Shown here in pieces: positions 1 through 13,974 of a stretch of DNA of 64,000 bases. The translations under genes and the position numbers were made by a program. Under the pieces are notes generated by a model, which was given only the letters and a program-made list of their open reading frames with translations, did not search any database and was not told the DNA's origin. This DNA is from Mobula hypostoma (Eukaryota): contig NC_086108.1 in NCBI RefSeq assembly GCF_963921235.1, forward strand, positions 6,324,001 through 6,388,000, written 5' to 3'. Within the stretch, counting starts at the first letter, position 1. Each line of letters starts with the position of its first letter.

Positions 1-679
1 TCTTGGAAATTTTCTCTGCACTCTTTCAACCCTATTTACGTCTTTCCTGTAGGTAGGTGACCAGAACTGCACACAATACTCCAAATTAGGCCTCACCAAT
101 GTCTTATACAACTTCACCTTAACAGAATGGGGTAGAGCAGGAAATGGATCAGCCATGATGGAATGGTGGAGCAGACTCGATGGGCTGAATGGCCTAATTC
201 TGCCTCTCTATCTTATGGTCTCATGGTCCCAAAGGTGAGTTACTTTTAAGATACAGGCACGATTGGAATGGAGGGAATGCAGTAATTCCTACACAGAGAG
301 CTCCTGCAAACTCCAGTGAGATCCGTGATGGCAGTTCTAACTGAAGAATGGCATCAAACGGGGACTTTTCTGGTCGCCTCATTACAGGAAGGATGTGGAA
401 GCTCTAGAGAGGGTGCAGAGGGGATTTACCAGGATGCTGCCTGGATTAGAGAGCATGTCTTATGGGGATAGTTTGAGCAAGCTAGAGCTCTCCTCTCTGG
501 AGTGAAGGGGACTTGATAGATGATCAGAGGCATAGATCAAATGGACAGCCAGAGACTTTTTCCCACATAGTCCTCCTAAATACACTCCTCCAGTCCACAA
601 CATTGTGCCAACCTCTTAACCGACTCTAAAATCAATGTAACAATTCCCTCCTACATAACCCTCCATTTTACTATCATCC

Positions 680-1150
680 ATTGGAGAAAGGGAAGGAGGA
701 GGGGACCCAGAGGGAGGTAATGGGCAGATGAGGAGAAGGGATGAGAGGAACCTAAATCAGGAATGGAAAGGGGGGGGCGCTGTAGAAACTATCAGGTTAG
801 ATAATCAGGTATTTCCATCAGATTGGAGGTGACCTACAAGGAAGATGAGATGTTGCTCCTCCAGCCTGAGTTTGGCCTCATTATGGCAGTAGAGGAGACC
901 ACGGACAGGCATGCCAGAAGGGGAAGTCAGATTGAAATGGGAGGTCACTGTGAGATCCTGCACTAACTTGCGGCAGACAGAGCGAAGATGTTCCCCTGTC
1001 TACGTCGGGTCTGTACTGAGTCTATACAGGGACCATACTGGGAGCACCAGACGCAGTAGGCAACCCCGACAGACTCTCAGGTGAAGTGTTGCCTCACCTG
1101 GAAGAACTGTTTGAGGTCTTGAATGGTGGTAAGAGAGAAGGTGTAAGGGA
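680..1150 (-). mobile_element. Degenerate Penelope-like retroelement fragment (GIY-YIG endonuclease region)
   Basis: Minus strand reads FQVRQHFT*ESVGVAYCVWCSQ and GLLYCHNEAKLRLEEQHLIF; homologous to 62940-63100. Confidence 0.75.
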
Positions 1151-2349
1151 ACTCTTTTTGGAGTTTTGGCTTCATACTGAACCAGAAATTTTGTCAAAAA
1201 GGCTACTAACTATTAAATATCAAGTACACTTACTGAATAAGTTGATTTCTGGTTCTCTAATGTGTAACTTTCATCAATGTTTTTGGCAAAGCACAGTACT
1301 GTGGTAATTTTATGTATTGTGCTGTACTGTCGACACGAAAAAGACTAATTTCATGACGTATACGAGTGATGATAAACCTGATTCTGATCTGGGTCTCTAT
1401 TGTGGACTGAGAGTGGGAAGGGGGCCAGGAGAGGGGGATCATGTTTGGGAAAGGGGGAAGGGAGAGGGGAGGAAGCAGGAAGCACCAGAGAGACATCCTG
1501 TAATCAATAAAACAATTGTTTGGAATCAAGTGACCGTGCCTGGTGTCTCAGGGTTGGGTGTGTCTGCACCCACACCACCCCATGTCCCTGGCACTCCTTC
1601 TCTGCCACCTGTCCCACACCCCTCCCGCAGCACTCCACCCTCACCATTCCGCACATCCTTTGCTCCTCGAGTTTACAAACACGTTCACTGCCCCACGTTA
1701 CTGTACTGTGTAAAAGTCTTAGGCACATAGCTACAGGTACCTAAGACTTTTGCACAGTGCTGTAAAATCTATAACTGGCAAACATTTCTCTATGGAAATT
1801 AAAAAATACAAAACCATTTCAACACGAATGAAGTTTCACTAAAATGCAATCAATCTTAACAGAACCAAAATTCAAACTGCAGTTTTGGGTCTAATGAAAG
1901 CATTTCTGTAAAAGGCTACAGGATATTTTCCTTACTGAAGGTGCCATAGAAATACTTGTTGTTGTACTAGAAGAGATTTATAATTTGAATAGATAGTGAA
2001 CAGAGTTGAGGAGGAATTTCTTTAGCTAGAGGGTGGTGAATCTGCGGAATTCATTGCCACAGACGGCTGTAGAGGCCAGGACAGTGAGTATATTTAAAAT
2101 GGAGGTTGACAGGTTCTTGATTAGTCAGGGTGTCAAAGCTTTTGGGGAGAAGGCAGGAGAATGGGGTTGAGAGGGATAACAAATCAGGCATGATGGAATG
2201 GCAGAGTAGATTCGATGGGCCAAATGGCCTAATTCTGCTCCTATATCTTCAGGACCAGCTGTTGACATCCTGTACATTTCTTCCTGACTTGGATTTGTGA
2301 GGATTATGGAACAGTGAAAGGTAATTAGCAGATGTATTAATAGTGAACT

Positions 2350-2750
2350 CCAATAGTCAGCTCGATTATGGGAACTAGCCTGTCCAGCATCCAGGACATC
2401 TTCAAAGAGCGATGCCTCAAAAAGGCGGCATCCATCATTAACGGCCCCCATCACCCAGGACATGCCCTCTTCTCATCAGGGAGGAGGTACAGGAGCCTGA
2501 AGACACACACCCAACGATTCAGGGGCAGCTTCTTCCCCTCAGCCATCACTTTTGAATGGACATTGAACCCAAGAACACTACCTCAATACGTTTTAAAATT
2601 TCTATTTTGCACTACTTATTTAATTTATATATATACATACACACACACCTACTGTAATTTACAGTATTTATTATTAGGTACTGCTGCTGCAAAGACAACA
2701 AATTTCACGAGATATGCCAGTGATATTAAATCTGATTCTGATTCTGAAAA
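2350..2750 (+). mobile_element. Rex1/Babar-type LINE 3' end
   Basis: Reads [23 protein letters not shown], followed by a (GATTCT)n tail. Confidence 0.75.
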
Positions 2751-3049
2751 TTAACCATGTGGCATATCAGCATGAAGTCACGCTGAACCTGGAGGTAAAG
2801 GGTTAAACCTGATCAGTATTATGTTCATGAGAAAGATCCCAGGTTAACATATTGAGTTTTGAAAGGCCTTGAAAGAATGGATGTGGAGAGGATATTTCCT
2901 ATAGATTAACCTAGGTGAGCACATTAGTCGACATGGTTCAGTTGAACTGAATGACCAGTTTTCAAGCTGTAGTTCTCTTTTGCTCTAAGACACCTACTGA
3001 ATATTGAAAGGCCTGGATAGAGTGGGCATGCAGAGAATGTTTCTTGGAT

Positions 3050-3760
3050 AGTGGGATCCAATAGACAGTGCTGGAGGAGCCTCAGCCCTTAAGCTTGTCC
3101 AGCAGGTCTGAGATTCTTGCTCCCTGTGTGGATGAGAGTGGGGGCTGTAGGAAGGATGAGCAACATAATTGTGGCACTGTAGTTCAGGGAGCCATTCAAG
3201 AGAGGGGAGAGAAGAGAAATGCAGCGGTAATTGTCAGGGGAATAGACAGAGTTCTCTGTCGTGAGGATAAAGTATCCCAAAGACTGTGTTGCCTGCCTGG
3301 TACCCGGGTTTGGGACATCTTATCTGACCTGCAGAGGAATTTGCAGTGGGAGGGTAAAGATCCAGTTGTCGTGGTCCATGTGGGTACCAATGACGTAGGT
3401 AGAACGAGGAAAGAGGTCCTGTTGAGGGAATTTGAGCAGCTAAGAACTAAATTAAAAAGCAAAACCAAAAAGGTGGTAATCTCTGGATTAGTAACCGAGC
3501 CACGTGCAAATTGGCATAGGGTCAAGAAGATTAAAGAGTTAAATGCTTGGCTCAAGGATTGGTATGTGAGAAGTGGGTTTGAATTCATGGCAAACTGGCA
3601 CCAGTATTGGGGAAGGAGGGAACTTAACCACTGGGACGGGCTCCACCTGAACCATGATGGGACCTGGATCGTAGTGAATCGCATAACTAGGGTTGTGGGT
3701 AGAGCTTTAATCTGTACAGTAGGGGGTGGGTTCAACAGATTGGAGAAGTATGGATAAAGT
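3050..3760 (+). mobile_element. CR1 LINE ORF1 fragment (SGNH esterase domain)
   Basis: ORF 3068-3757 has CLPG, VVVHVGTND and DGLHLN motifs. Confidence 0.85.
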
Positions 3761-3989
3761 AAAAAAGAAAAGTGTGGATAAAGATAAAGAAAAAGCAAAA
3801 GATAAGAAGAGAAAAGTAAGAGTGGAGTGAAAAAAAGTCAAGTTCAAAAGAGTAAAAGATTTCAAGATTTTAAAAGCACAATGAGTGTAAGGGCCTGCCT
3901 TGCTGAATCCATGCTGCATCTGCCTGATAGCTCCATTTCTTTCCAGATGCCTTGCTCTTTCTTCTCACTCTTGCACTCACCACTCACTA

Positions 3990-6236
3990 CATTTAAAAAA
4001 AAATTATCTCTGACATCCCCTCTGTACCTACTTCCAATTACCTTAAAACTGTGCCTTCTCATACTAGCTATTTCAACCCTGGGAAAAAGCCTCTGAATAT
4101 CCACGCAACCAATGCCTCTTATCATCTTACACAGTACACCTTTATCCAGGACTCTCTTAAAAGACCCTATCGTATCCACCTCCAAAACCATCGCCGGCAG
4201 CTGACTCCACGCCCTCACCACTCTCTGCCATTAAAAAAAAAACTTACCTGACATCTCCTCTGTACCTACTTCCAAGCACCTTAAAACTGTGCCCTCTCAT
4301 GTTAGACATTTCAGCCTTGGGGAAAAGTCTCTGACTATCCACACGATCAATGCCTCTCAGCATTTTATACACCTCTATCAGGTCACCTCTCATCCTCCGC
4401 CACTCCAAGGAGAAAAGGCCGAGTTCACTCAACCTATTCTCATAAGGCATGCTCCCCAATCCGGGCAACATCCTTGTAAATCTCCTCTGCACCCTTTCTA
4501 TAGTTTCCACATCCTTCCTGTAGTGAGGCGACCAGAACTGAGAACAGTTCTCCAACTGGGGTCTGACCAGGGTCCTATATAGCTGCAACATTACCTCTCA
4601 GCTCTTAAACTCAATCCCACGACTGATAAAGTTCAATGCACTGTATGCCTTCTTGACCACAGAGTCAACCTACGCAGCAGCTTTGAGTGTCCTATGGACT
4701 TGGATCCCAAGATCCCTCTGATTCTCCACACTGCCAAGAGTCTTACCATTAATACTATATTCTGCCATCATATTTGACCTACCAAAATGAACCACCTCAC
4801 ATTTATCTGGGTTGAACTCCATCTGCCACTTCTCAGCCTAGTTTTGCATCCTATCAATGTCCTGCTGTAACCTCTGACAGCCCTCCACACTATCCACAAC
4901 ACCCCCAACCTTTGTGTCATCAGCAAATTTACTAACCCATCCCTCCACTTCCTCATCCAGGTCATTTATAAAACTCACGAAGAGCAGGGGTCTCAGAACA
5001 GATCCCTGAGGCACACCACTGGTCACCGACTCCATGCAGAATATGACTCGTCTACAACCACTCTTTGCCTTCTGTGGCAAGTCATTTCTGGATCCACAAA
5101 CCAAGGTCCCCTTGGATCCCATGCCTCCTTACTTTCTCAATAAGCCTTGCATAGGGTACCTTATCAAATGCCTTGCTGAAATCCATATACACTACATCTA
5201 CTGCTCTACCTTCACCAATGTGTTTAGTCACATCCTCAAAAAATTCAGTCAGGCTTGTAAGGCACGACCTGCCTTTGACAAAGCCATGCTGACTATTCCT
5301 AATCATATTATGCCTCTCCAAATGTTCATAAATCCTGCCTCTCAGGATCTTCTCCATCAACTTACCAACCACTGAAGTAAGACTCACTGGTCTATAATTT
5401 CCTGGGCTATCTCTACTCCCTTTCTTGAATAAGGGAACAACATCTGCAACCCTCCAATCCTGCAGAACCTCCCCCATCCCCATTGATGATGCAAAGATCA
5501 TCGCCAGAGGCTCAGCAATCTCCTCCCTCGCTTCCCACAGTAGCCTGGGGTACATCTCGTCCGGTCCCGGTGACTTATCCAACTTGATGCTTTCCAAAAG
5601 CTCCAGCACGTCCTCTTTCTTAATATAGTCATACTTTATTGATCCCAGGGGAAATTGGAATATCTATATGCTCAAGCTTTTCAATCCACTGTAAATCATC
5701 CCTACAATTGCCAAGATCCTTTTCCATACTGAATACTGAAGCAAAGTATTCATTAAGTACCTCTGCTATCTCCTACAGTTCCATACACACTTTTCCACTG
5801 TCACACTTGATTGGTCCTCTTCTGTCACATCTTATCCTCTTGCTCTTCACATACTTGTAGAATGCCTTGGGGTTTTCTTCAATCCTGCTTGCCAAAGTCT
5901 TCTCACAGCCCCTTCTGGCTCTCCTAATTTCATTCTTAAGCTCCTTCCTGCTAGCCTTATGATCCTCTAGATCTCTATCATTACCTAGTTTTTTGAACCT
6001 TTCGTAAGCTTTTCTTTTTTTCTTGACTAGATTTTCAACAGCCTTTGTACACCATGGTTCCTGTACCCTACCATCCTTTCCTTATCTCATTGGAACATAC
6101 CTATGCAGAACGCCACGCAAATATCCCCTGAACATTTCCCACATTTTTGCCGTACCTTTCCCTGAGAACATCTGTTCCCAATTTATGCTTCCATGTTCCT
6201 GCCTGATAGCTTCATATTTCCCCTTACTCCAATTAA
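3990..6236 (-). mobile_element. CR1 LINE ORF2, 3' part (frameshifted RT); belongs to an element whose 5' part is at 8800-10445
   Basis: [42 protein letters not shown] and LYRTLVRP motifs across ORFs 4244-5609. Confidence 0.92.
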
Positions 6237-7527
6237 CATAGAAACATAGAAAATAGGTACAGGAGTAGGCCATTCGGCCCTTCAAGCCTGAACCGCCATT
6301 CAGTATGATCATGGCTGATCATCCAACTCAGAACCCTGTACCAGCCTTCCCTCCATACCCCCGATCCCTTTAGCCACAAGGGCCATATCTAACTCCCTCT
6401 CAAATATAGCCAATGAACTGGCCTCAACATTTCCTGTGGCAGAGAGTTCCACAGATTCACCACTCTTTGTGTGAAGAAGTTTTTCCTCATCTCCGTCCTA
6501 AAAGGCTTCCCCTTTATCCTCAAACTGTGACCCCTCGTTCTGGACTTCCCCAATATCGGGAACAATCTTCCTGCATCTAGCCTGTCCAATCCCTTTAGGA
6601 TTTTATACGTTTCAATAAGATCCCCCCTCAATCTTCTAAATTCCAACGAGTATAAGCCTAGTCGATCCAATCTTTCATCATATGAAAGTCCTGCCATCCC
6701 AGGAATCAATCTGGTGAACCTTCTTTGTACTCCCTCTATGGCAAGGATGTCTTTCCTCAGGTTAGGGGACCAAAACTGCACATAATACTCCAGGTGTGGT
6801 CTCACCAAGGCCTTGTACAACTGCAGTAGTACCTCCCTGCTCCTGTACTCGAATCCTCTCGCTATAAATGCCAGCATACCATTCGCCTTTTTCACCGCCT
6901 GCTGTACCTGCATGCCCACTTTCAATGACTGGTGTATAATGACACCCAGGTCTCGCTGCACCTCCCCTTTTCCTAATTGGCCACCATTCAGATAATAATC
7001 TGTTTTCCTGTTTTTGCCACCAAAGTGGATAACCTCACATTTATCCACATTAAACTGCATCTGCCATGAATTTGCCCACTCACCCAACCTATCCAAGTCA
7101 CCCTGCATCCTCTTAGCATCCTCCTCACAGCTAACACTACCGCCCAGCTTCGTGTCATCCGCAAACTTGGAGATGCTGCATTTAATTCCCTCGTCTAAGT
7201 CATTAATATATATTGTAAACAACTGGGGTCCCAGCACTGAGCCTTGTGGTACCCCACTAGTCACTGCCTGCCATTCTGAAAAGTTCCCGTTTATTCCCAC
7301 TCTTTGCTTCCTGTCTGCCAACCAATTCTCTATCCACATCAATACCTTACCCCCAATACCGTGTGCTTTAAGTTTGCACACTAATCTCCTGTGTGGGACC
7401 TTGTCAAAAACCTTTTGAAAATCCAAATATACCACATCCACTGGTTCTCTCCTATCCACTCTACTAGTTACATCCTCAAAAAATTATATGAGATTCATCA
7501 GACATGATTTTCCTTTCACAAATCCAC
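6237..7527 (-). mobile_element. Young 5'-truncated CR1 LINE
   Basis: 356-aa RT ORF 6389-7459; (TTTCTATG)n tail at 6237-6252. Confidence 0.95.
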
Positions 7528-7544
7528 AAAACACTTTCCTATCT

Positions 7545-8799
7545 TAGAAACCATAGAAAACATCGAAACTACTGCACAGAAACAGGCCTTTCGGCCCTTC
7601 TTGGCTGTGCCGAACCATTTTCTGCCTAGTCCTACTGACCTGCACACGGACCATATCCCTCCATACACCTCCCATCCATGCATCTGTCCAATTTATTCTT
7701 AAATGTTAAAAAAGAACCCGCATTTACCACCTCGTCTGGCAGCTCATTCAATACTCCCACCACTCTCTGTGTGAAGAAGCCCCCACTAATGTTCCCTTTA
7801 AACCTTTCCCCCCTCACCCTTAACCCATGTCCTCTGGTTTTTTCTCCCCTTGCCTCAGTGGAAAAAGCCTGCTTGCATTCACTCTATCTATACCCATCAT
7901 AATTTTATATACTGCTATCAAATCTCCCCTCATTCTTCTACGGTCCAGGGAATAAAGTCCTAACCTATTCAACCTTTCTCTGTAACTGAGTTTCTCAAGT
8001 CCCGGCAACATCCCTGTAAACCTTCTCTGCACTCTTTCAACCTTATTTATATCCTTCCTGTAATTTGGTGACCAAAACTGAACACAATACTCCAGATTCG
8101 GCCTCACCAATACCTTATACAACCTCATCATAACATTCCAGCTCTTATACTCAATACTTTGATTAATAAAGGCCAAGATACCAAAAGTTCTCTTTACAAC
8201 CCTATCTACCTGTGACGCTACTTTTAGGGAATTTTGTATCTGTATTCCCAGATCCCTCTGTTCCACTGCACTCCTCAGTGCCTTACCATTAACCCTGTAT
8301 GTTCTACCTTGGTTTGTCCTTCCAACGTGCAATACCTCACACTTATCTGTATTAAACTCCATCTGCCATTTTTCAGCCCATTTTTCCAGCTGGTCCAAGT
8401 TCGTCTGCAGGCTCTGAAAACCTTCCTCGCTGTCTACTACACCTCCAATCTTTGTATCGTCAGCAAATTTGCTGATCCAATTTACCACATTATCATCCAG
8501 ATCATTGATATAGCTGACAAATAACAATGGACCCAGTACTGATCCCTGTGGCACACCACTAGTCACAGGCCTCCACTCGGAGAAGCAATTCTCTACCACC
8601 ACTCTTTGGCTTCTTCCATTGAGCCAATGTCTAATCCAATTTATCACCTCTCTATGTTTACCTAGTGACTGAATTTTCCTAACTAACCTCCCATGCGGGA
8701 CCTTGTCAAAGGCCTTACTGGAGTCCATGTAGACAATATCCACTGCCTTCCCTTCATCCACTTTCCTGGTAACCTCCTCGAAAAACTCCAATAGATTGG
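7545..8799 (-). mobile_element. 5'-truncated CR1 LINE (second subfamily)
   Basis: 323-aa RT ORF 7820-8791; tail repeat at 7545-7570. Confidence 0.93.
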
Positions 8800-10445
8800 A
8801 CTTGTCTGTTCCTATCCCTTTCCAATGCTATGGTAAAGCAGATAGAATTGTGGTCACTATCTCCAAAATGCTCTCCCACTGAGAGATCCTTCACCATTTC
8901 CCAATACCAGATCAAGTACAGCCTCTCCTTTTCTAGGTTTATCTACATATTGTGTCAGGAAGCCTTCCTGAACACACCTAACAAACTCTACCCCATCTAA
9001 ATCCCTTGCTCTAGGGAGATGCCAATCAATACTTGGGAAATTAAAAACTCCCACCACGACAACCCTGTTATTATTACACCTTTACAGAATCTGTCTCCCT
9101 GTCTGTCCTTCGATGTTACTATTGGGTGCTCTATAAAAAAACACCCAACAGAGTTATTGACCCCTTCCTGTTTCTAACTTCCATCCACAGAGACTCAGTA
9201 GACAACCCCTCCATGACTTCCTCCCTTTCTACAGCCGTGACACTATCTCTGATCAGCAGTGCCATGCCCCCACCTCTTTTGCCTCCCTCCCTGTCCTTTC
9301 TGAAACATCTAAAGCCTGGCACTCTAAGCAGCCATTCCTGCCCCCAAGCCATCCAAGTCTCTGTAATGGCCACCACATCATAGCTCCAGGTACTGATCCA
9401 CACTCCAAGCTCACCTGCTTTGTTTATGATACTCCTTGCATTAAAATAGACAAATCTCAAACCATCAGTCTGAGTGCTTCCCTTCTCTATCACCTACCTA
9501 TCCTCGCTCTCACACTGTCTACAAGCTTTCTCCATTTGTGAGCCAACAGCACCTTCCTCCATCTCTGCAGTTCGATTCCCACCCCCCAGTGATTCTAGTT
9601 TAAACTCTCCCCAGTAGACTTAGCAAACCTTCCCACCAGAATATTGGTCCCCCTCAGATTCAAGTGCAACCCGTCCTTTTTGTACAGGTCACTCCTGCCC
9701 CAAAAGAGGTCCCAATGATCCAGGAATCTGAATTCCTGCCCCTTGCTCCAATCCCTCAGCCATACATTTATCCTCCACCTCACTCTATTCCTATACTCAC
9801 TGTCATGTGGCACAGGCAATAATCCCAAGGTGACTACCTTTGAGGTCCTGCTTCTCAACTTCCTTTCTAACTCCCTGTAGACTCTTTTCTGGACCTCCTC
9901 CCTTTTCCTACGTATGTCGTTGGTACCAATATGTACCACGACCTCTGGCTGTTCTCCTACCCACTTCAAGATATTGTGGAACGTGATCAGAAACATCCCG
10001 GACCCTGGCACCTGGGAGGCAAACTACCATCCGTGTTTCTTTCCTGCGTCCACAGAATCGCCTGTCTGACCCCCCCCCCCAACTATAGAGTCCCCTACCA
10101 CTGCTGCCATCTTCTTCTTTTCCCTACCCTTTTGAGCCACAGGGCCGGACTCTGTGCTTCCCCCCAGGTAGGTCGTCCCCCCAACAGGAGTACTTATTGT
10201 TAAAGGGGACGGCCACAGGGGTACTCTCTGAGTATCTGACTCTTGCCCTTCCCTCTCCTGACTGTACCCATTTACCTGTCTCCGGAGGCCCCGGTGTGAC
10301 TACCTGCCTATAACTCCTCTCTATCACCTCCTCACTCTCCCTGACCAGACGAAGGTCATCGAGCTGCATCTCCAGTTCCCTAACCCGGTCCCTAAGGAGC
10401 TGCAGCTTGACGCACCTGGCGCAGATGCGGCCGTCCGGAAGGCTG
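8800..10445 (-). mobile_element. CR1 LINE 5' part: ORF1 (esterase) and APE endonuclease
   Basis: VVVHIGTND and DGLHLN (9595-10011); YFNARSI, VAITETW, RGGG and GDSDHN (8800-9493). Confidence 0.9.
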
Positions 10446-10454
10446 GGAGGCTGG

Positions 10455-11640
10455 CCTCACAGACAGAGTTCTTTGAGGATATAACGAGCGCAGTGGATAT
10501 AGGGGAACAGATGGATGTTATTTACTTGGATTTCCAGAAGGCGTTTGATAAGGTGCCATATAAAAGCCTTATCCATGAGATAAGGATGCATAGAATTGGG
10601 GATGATGTATTAGCATGAATAGAGGATTGGTTAGCAGAGTTGGAATACATGGGTGTTACTCTGGTTGGCAATCAGGGGTGTGCCGCAGGGGTCAGTACTG
10701 GGGCCCATAATTGTTCATGATACACATTAACGATCTGGAAGAGAGACTGAGTGTAGTGTATCTAAGTTTGCTGATGATACTAAATTGAGTGGAAAAGCAA
10801 ATTGTGCAGAAGTTATGCAGAGTCTGCATTGAGATAGAGATACGTTAAGTGAGTGGGCAAGGGTCTGGCAGATGGAGTACAATGTTGGTAAATGCGAAGA
10901 CATCCACTTTGGAAGGAAAAATGAAAGAGCAGATTATTATTTAAATGGTAAAGAACTGCTGTATGCTGCTGTACAGAAGGACTTGGGAGTGTTTGTGCAT
11001 GAATCACAAAAGGTTGGTTTGCAGGTGTAGCAGTCCATCAAGAAGGCAAATGGAATGTTGGTCTTCATTGCTAGAGGGATTGAAGTAAGAGCAGGGAGGT
11101 CATGCTGCAACTGTACAGGGTACTGGAGAGGCCGCACCTGGAGTACTGTGTGCAGTTCTGGTCTCCTTACTTGAGGGAGGATATACTGGCTTTGGAAGCG
11201 AAGCAGAGGAGGTTCACCAGGTTGATTCCAGAGATGAGGGGGTAGACTATGAGGAGAGATTGAGTCCCCCGGGACTGTACTCACTCGAATTCAGAAGAAT
11301 GAGAGGAGATCTTATAGAAACATAAAATTATGAAAGGGACAGATAACATAGAGGCAGGAAAGTTGTTTACACTGGTAGGAGAGACTAGAACCAGGGGACA
11401 TAGCCTCAAGATTTGGGGGAGTAGATTTAGGACGGAGATAAGGAGGAACTGCTTTCCCCAAAGAGTGGTGAATCTGTGGAATTCTCTGCCCAATGAAGCA
11501 GTGAAGGCTATCTTAATAAATATATTTAAGACAAGGTTGGATAGATTTTTGCATAGTAGGGGAATTAAGGGTTATGGGGAAAAGGCAGGTATGTGGGTAT
11601 GTGCAGACTTGATGGGCTCAATGGCCTAATTCTGCTTATG
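10455..11640 (+). mobile_element. Degenerate CR1 LINE 3' half
   Basis: YLDFQKAFDKVP, FADDTK and RTRGHSLK motifs plus CR1 3'UTR. Confidence 0.88.
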
Positions 11641-11689
11641 GTTAAGTCAGACCAAAGCAGCAGATGGTTCTGACCTTTGACTGGATAAT

Positions 11690-12350
11690 TGCAGACAGGT
11701 GTAATTTCCAGATAATTGTTAGTTGTATTGTAGATAAATGTGGATAAAACAAAAATGATGACAGCAAGCTGCACCAACTATAGACCCATAGTGATGTGAG
11801 ATACAACCCAGGAAGAAGTGACTTCCTTTGTCTATATGATGGAACAGATGAGGATGTCAAAGCCAGGATAAACAACAGCAGCCTAGTAGTCAACATCTTG
11901 AAGAAAGTGTGAACATCCAGAGTCACATCAAGGAAAACCAAAATCAGAATCTTCAACTCAAACGTTAAAACAGTGCTCCGTTGCGGCTCGGAAACTCAGA
12001 GAACAACAAAGACACTCCAAAAACTGCAGGCTTTCATCACCCAGTGCCTGAGAAGGATCCTAAACATTAGGAGGACTGTCAAACATCTAAACTCCAACCA
12101 GGAGTCCACAGAGATACAAATACACAAACAGAAAAGGAGCTGGATTGGCCACACCTTGAGGAAGGCAACCGACAACATCAGCAGGCAGGCATTAAAATGG
12201 AATTCCCAAGGAAAGAGGGAAAAGGGACGTCCAGAGAACACATGGAGGAGAAGCGTTGAGGCCAAGATTAGATGAGGGGGCACTCCAGAAACTGGATCAG
12301 AGCAGAGGACGATGGAGGAGAGAGATCATCAATGGCTTATGCTCTTTTGG
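11690..12350 (+). mobile_element. RTE-clade LINE 3' fragment
   Basis: Reads CLRRILNI...SWIGHTLRK...RQALKWNSQGKREKGRPENTWRRSVE. Confidence 0.85.
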
Positions 12351-13567
12351 GAGCTGGGGGGCCCCAAGAAGGACAAGTGTCAGTTGTAGCCCCACAGTCA
12401 GACCTTTGTCTGTGAGGGAGGATTGCGGCTTCGGGCCAGTGAGCTGAGCACAGAATCTGGGCCTAGGTCAGGTGCTCTCTGTTGGAGTTTGCACACTCTC
12501 CCTGTGGGTTTCCCAATGACGTGTGGGGTTGAAAGGTAATTGGCTACTGTGGAAGTTTAAAGATGAGGTCGACAGGCCCGTGAACAGTAAGGATGTCAAA
12601 AGTTATGGGGAGAAGGCGAGAAAATGGCGTTGAAAGGAATAATAAATCAGCCATGATTGAACGGTGAAGCAGACTCGATGGGCCGAATAGCTTAATTCTG
12701 CTCCCATGGTTTGTAAGACCATATGATATAAGATTATGGTTCATGGCCTCATGGAAACACTCAGCAGGTCAGCCAGTGTCTGTGGAGAGAGAAACAGCAT
12801 TATGTCTGATGAAAGGTCTTTAGCTTACACATGAACTCTGACCTTTATTATAGATTTTAGCATCTGCAAGGTTCCTTTTTGCATTTTCATATTATGTTGT
12901 TGAATGTATGAAAATAAACATACTCTAACAATAATTCATTCTATCTCATCGGATCAACTCTTAAGATCGCGACGGATTAGCAGTCGGTGTAATGCTTTAC
13001 AGCGCCAGGGATACAGGTTCAATTCCTCCTGCTGTCTTTAAGAAGTTTGTACATTCTCTCCGTGACCATGTGCATTTCCTCCAGGTGCTCTGGATTCCTC
13101 CCACAGTCCAAAGGTGTTCTGATTCGTAGGTTAACTCACAAGAATTCAGGAGAATGAGGGGTGCCCTAACTGAAACCTAGCGAATGGTGAAAGGCCTCGA
13201 TAGAGTAGATGGGGAGAGGATGTTTCCTATAGTGGGAGAGTCTAAGATCAGAGGACACAGCCTCAGAATAGAGGGAAATCCATTTAGAAAGGAGATGAGG
13301 ATGAATTTCTTCAGCCAGAGTGTGGTGAATCTGTGGCATTCATTGCTACAGGCCTTTATATTGGGGCTGAGGGAAAATGGATCAGCCATGATAAATTGTG
13401 GAGCAGACGGGTTGGGGTAAATGGCCCAAATCTGCTCCTATTTCTTACGGTCTTATGGTTAGTTGGTCACGTGGGTGTAACTGGGCAGCACAGGTTCGAT
13501 GGGCCGGAAGGACCTGTTACCGTGATGTATCTCCAAATAAATCAAAATACAGAAACTTTTCATAGTA

Positions 13568-13573
13568 TTTATT
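13568..13573 (-). promoter_or_regulatory. Candidate CLIP3 polyadenylation signal AATAAA (implies a 3'UTR of about 1.25 kb)
   Basis: TTTATT on the + strand; the first canonical hexamer I saw downstream of the stop, at the edge of unique AT-rich sequence. Confidence 0.45.
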
Positions 13574-13974
13574 TTGCTTTGATTTACTTTACATAATAAA
13601 CAGCTTTTTTTAAAATCTATCAGATCCCATTTGACATAAAGTGAATCACTCAGGAACACATCACCCTCAGAATCTCACCGGCCCAGTAAAATCTCCCATC
13701 ACCATCCCTTCAACTAAACTCCTTTGTACATAAGTGAAGCCATTGATGCCTTAATGGGATCTAAAAATGCAAAACAGAGGGACCACATATATTCTCGGTT
13801 TTAAGGTACACACCATAATTGTGACAATTAGTTTTTATCAGTATTTTCAGTCAATCGTTAAACAGAAACACAAACCAGCATCATATAGTTGTGCATATAA
13901 TATATATATTACATTTTATATATATATATTATATTATATTATATTATATTATATTACTTATATACGTGTGTGTA

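Noticed and set aside
1150..2860. Possible exons of a neighbouring gene in short unique stretches
   Set aside because: Some splice-like motifs occur, but I could not build a recognisable or phase-consistent peptide.
3068..3757. Host SGNH/GDSL esterase gene
   Set aside because: It matches the CR1 ORF1 esterase, has a homolog at 9595-10011 within a CR1, and shows no exon structure.
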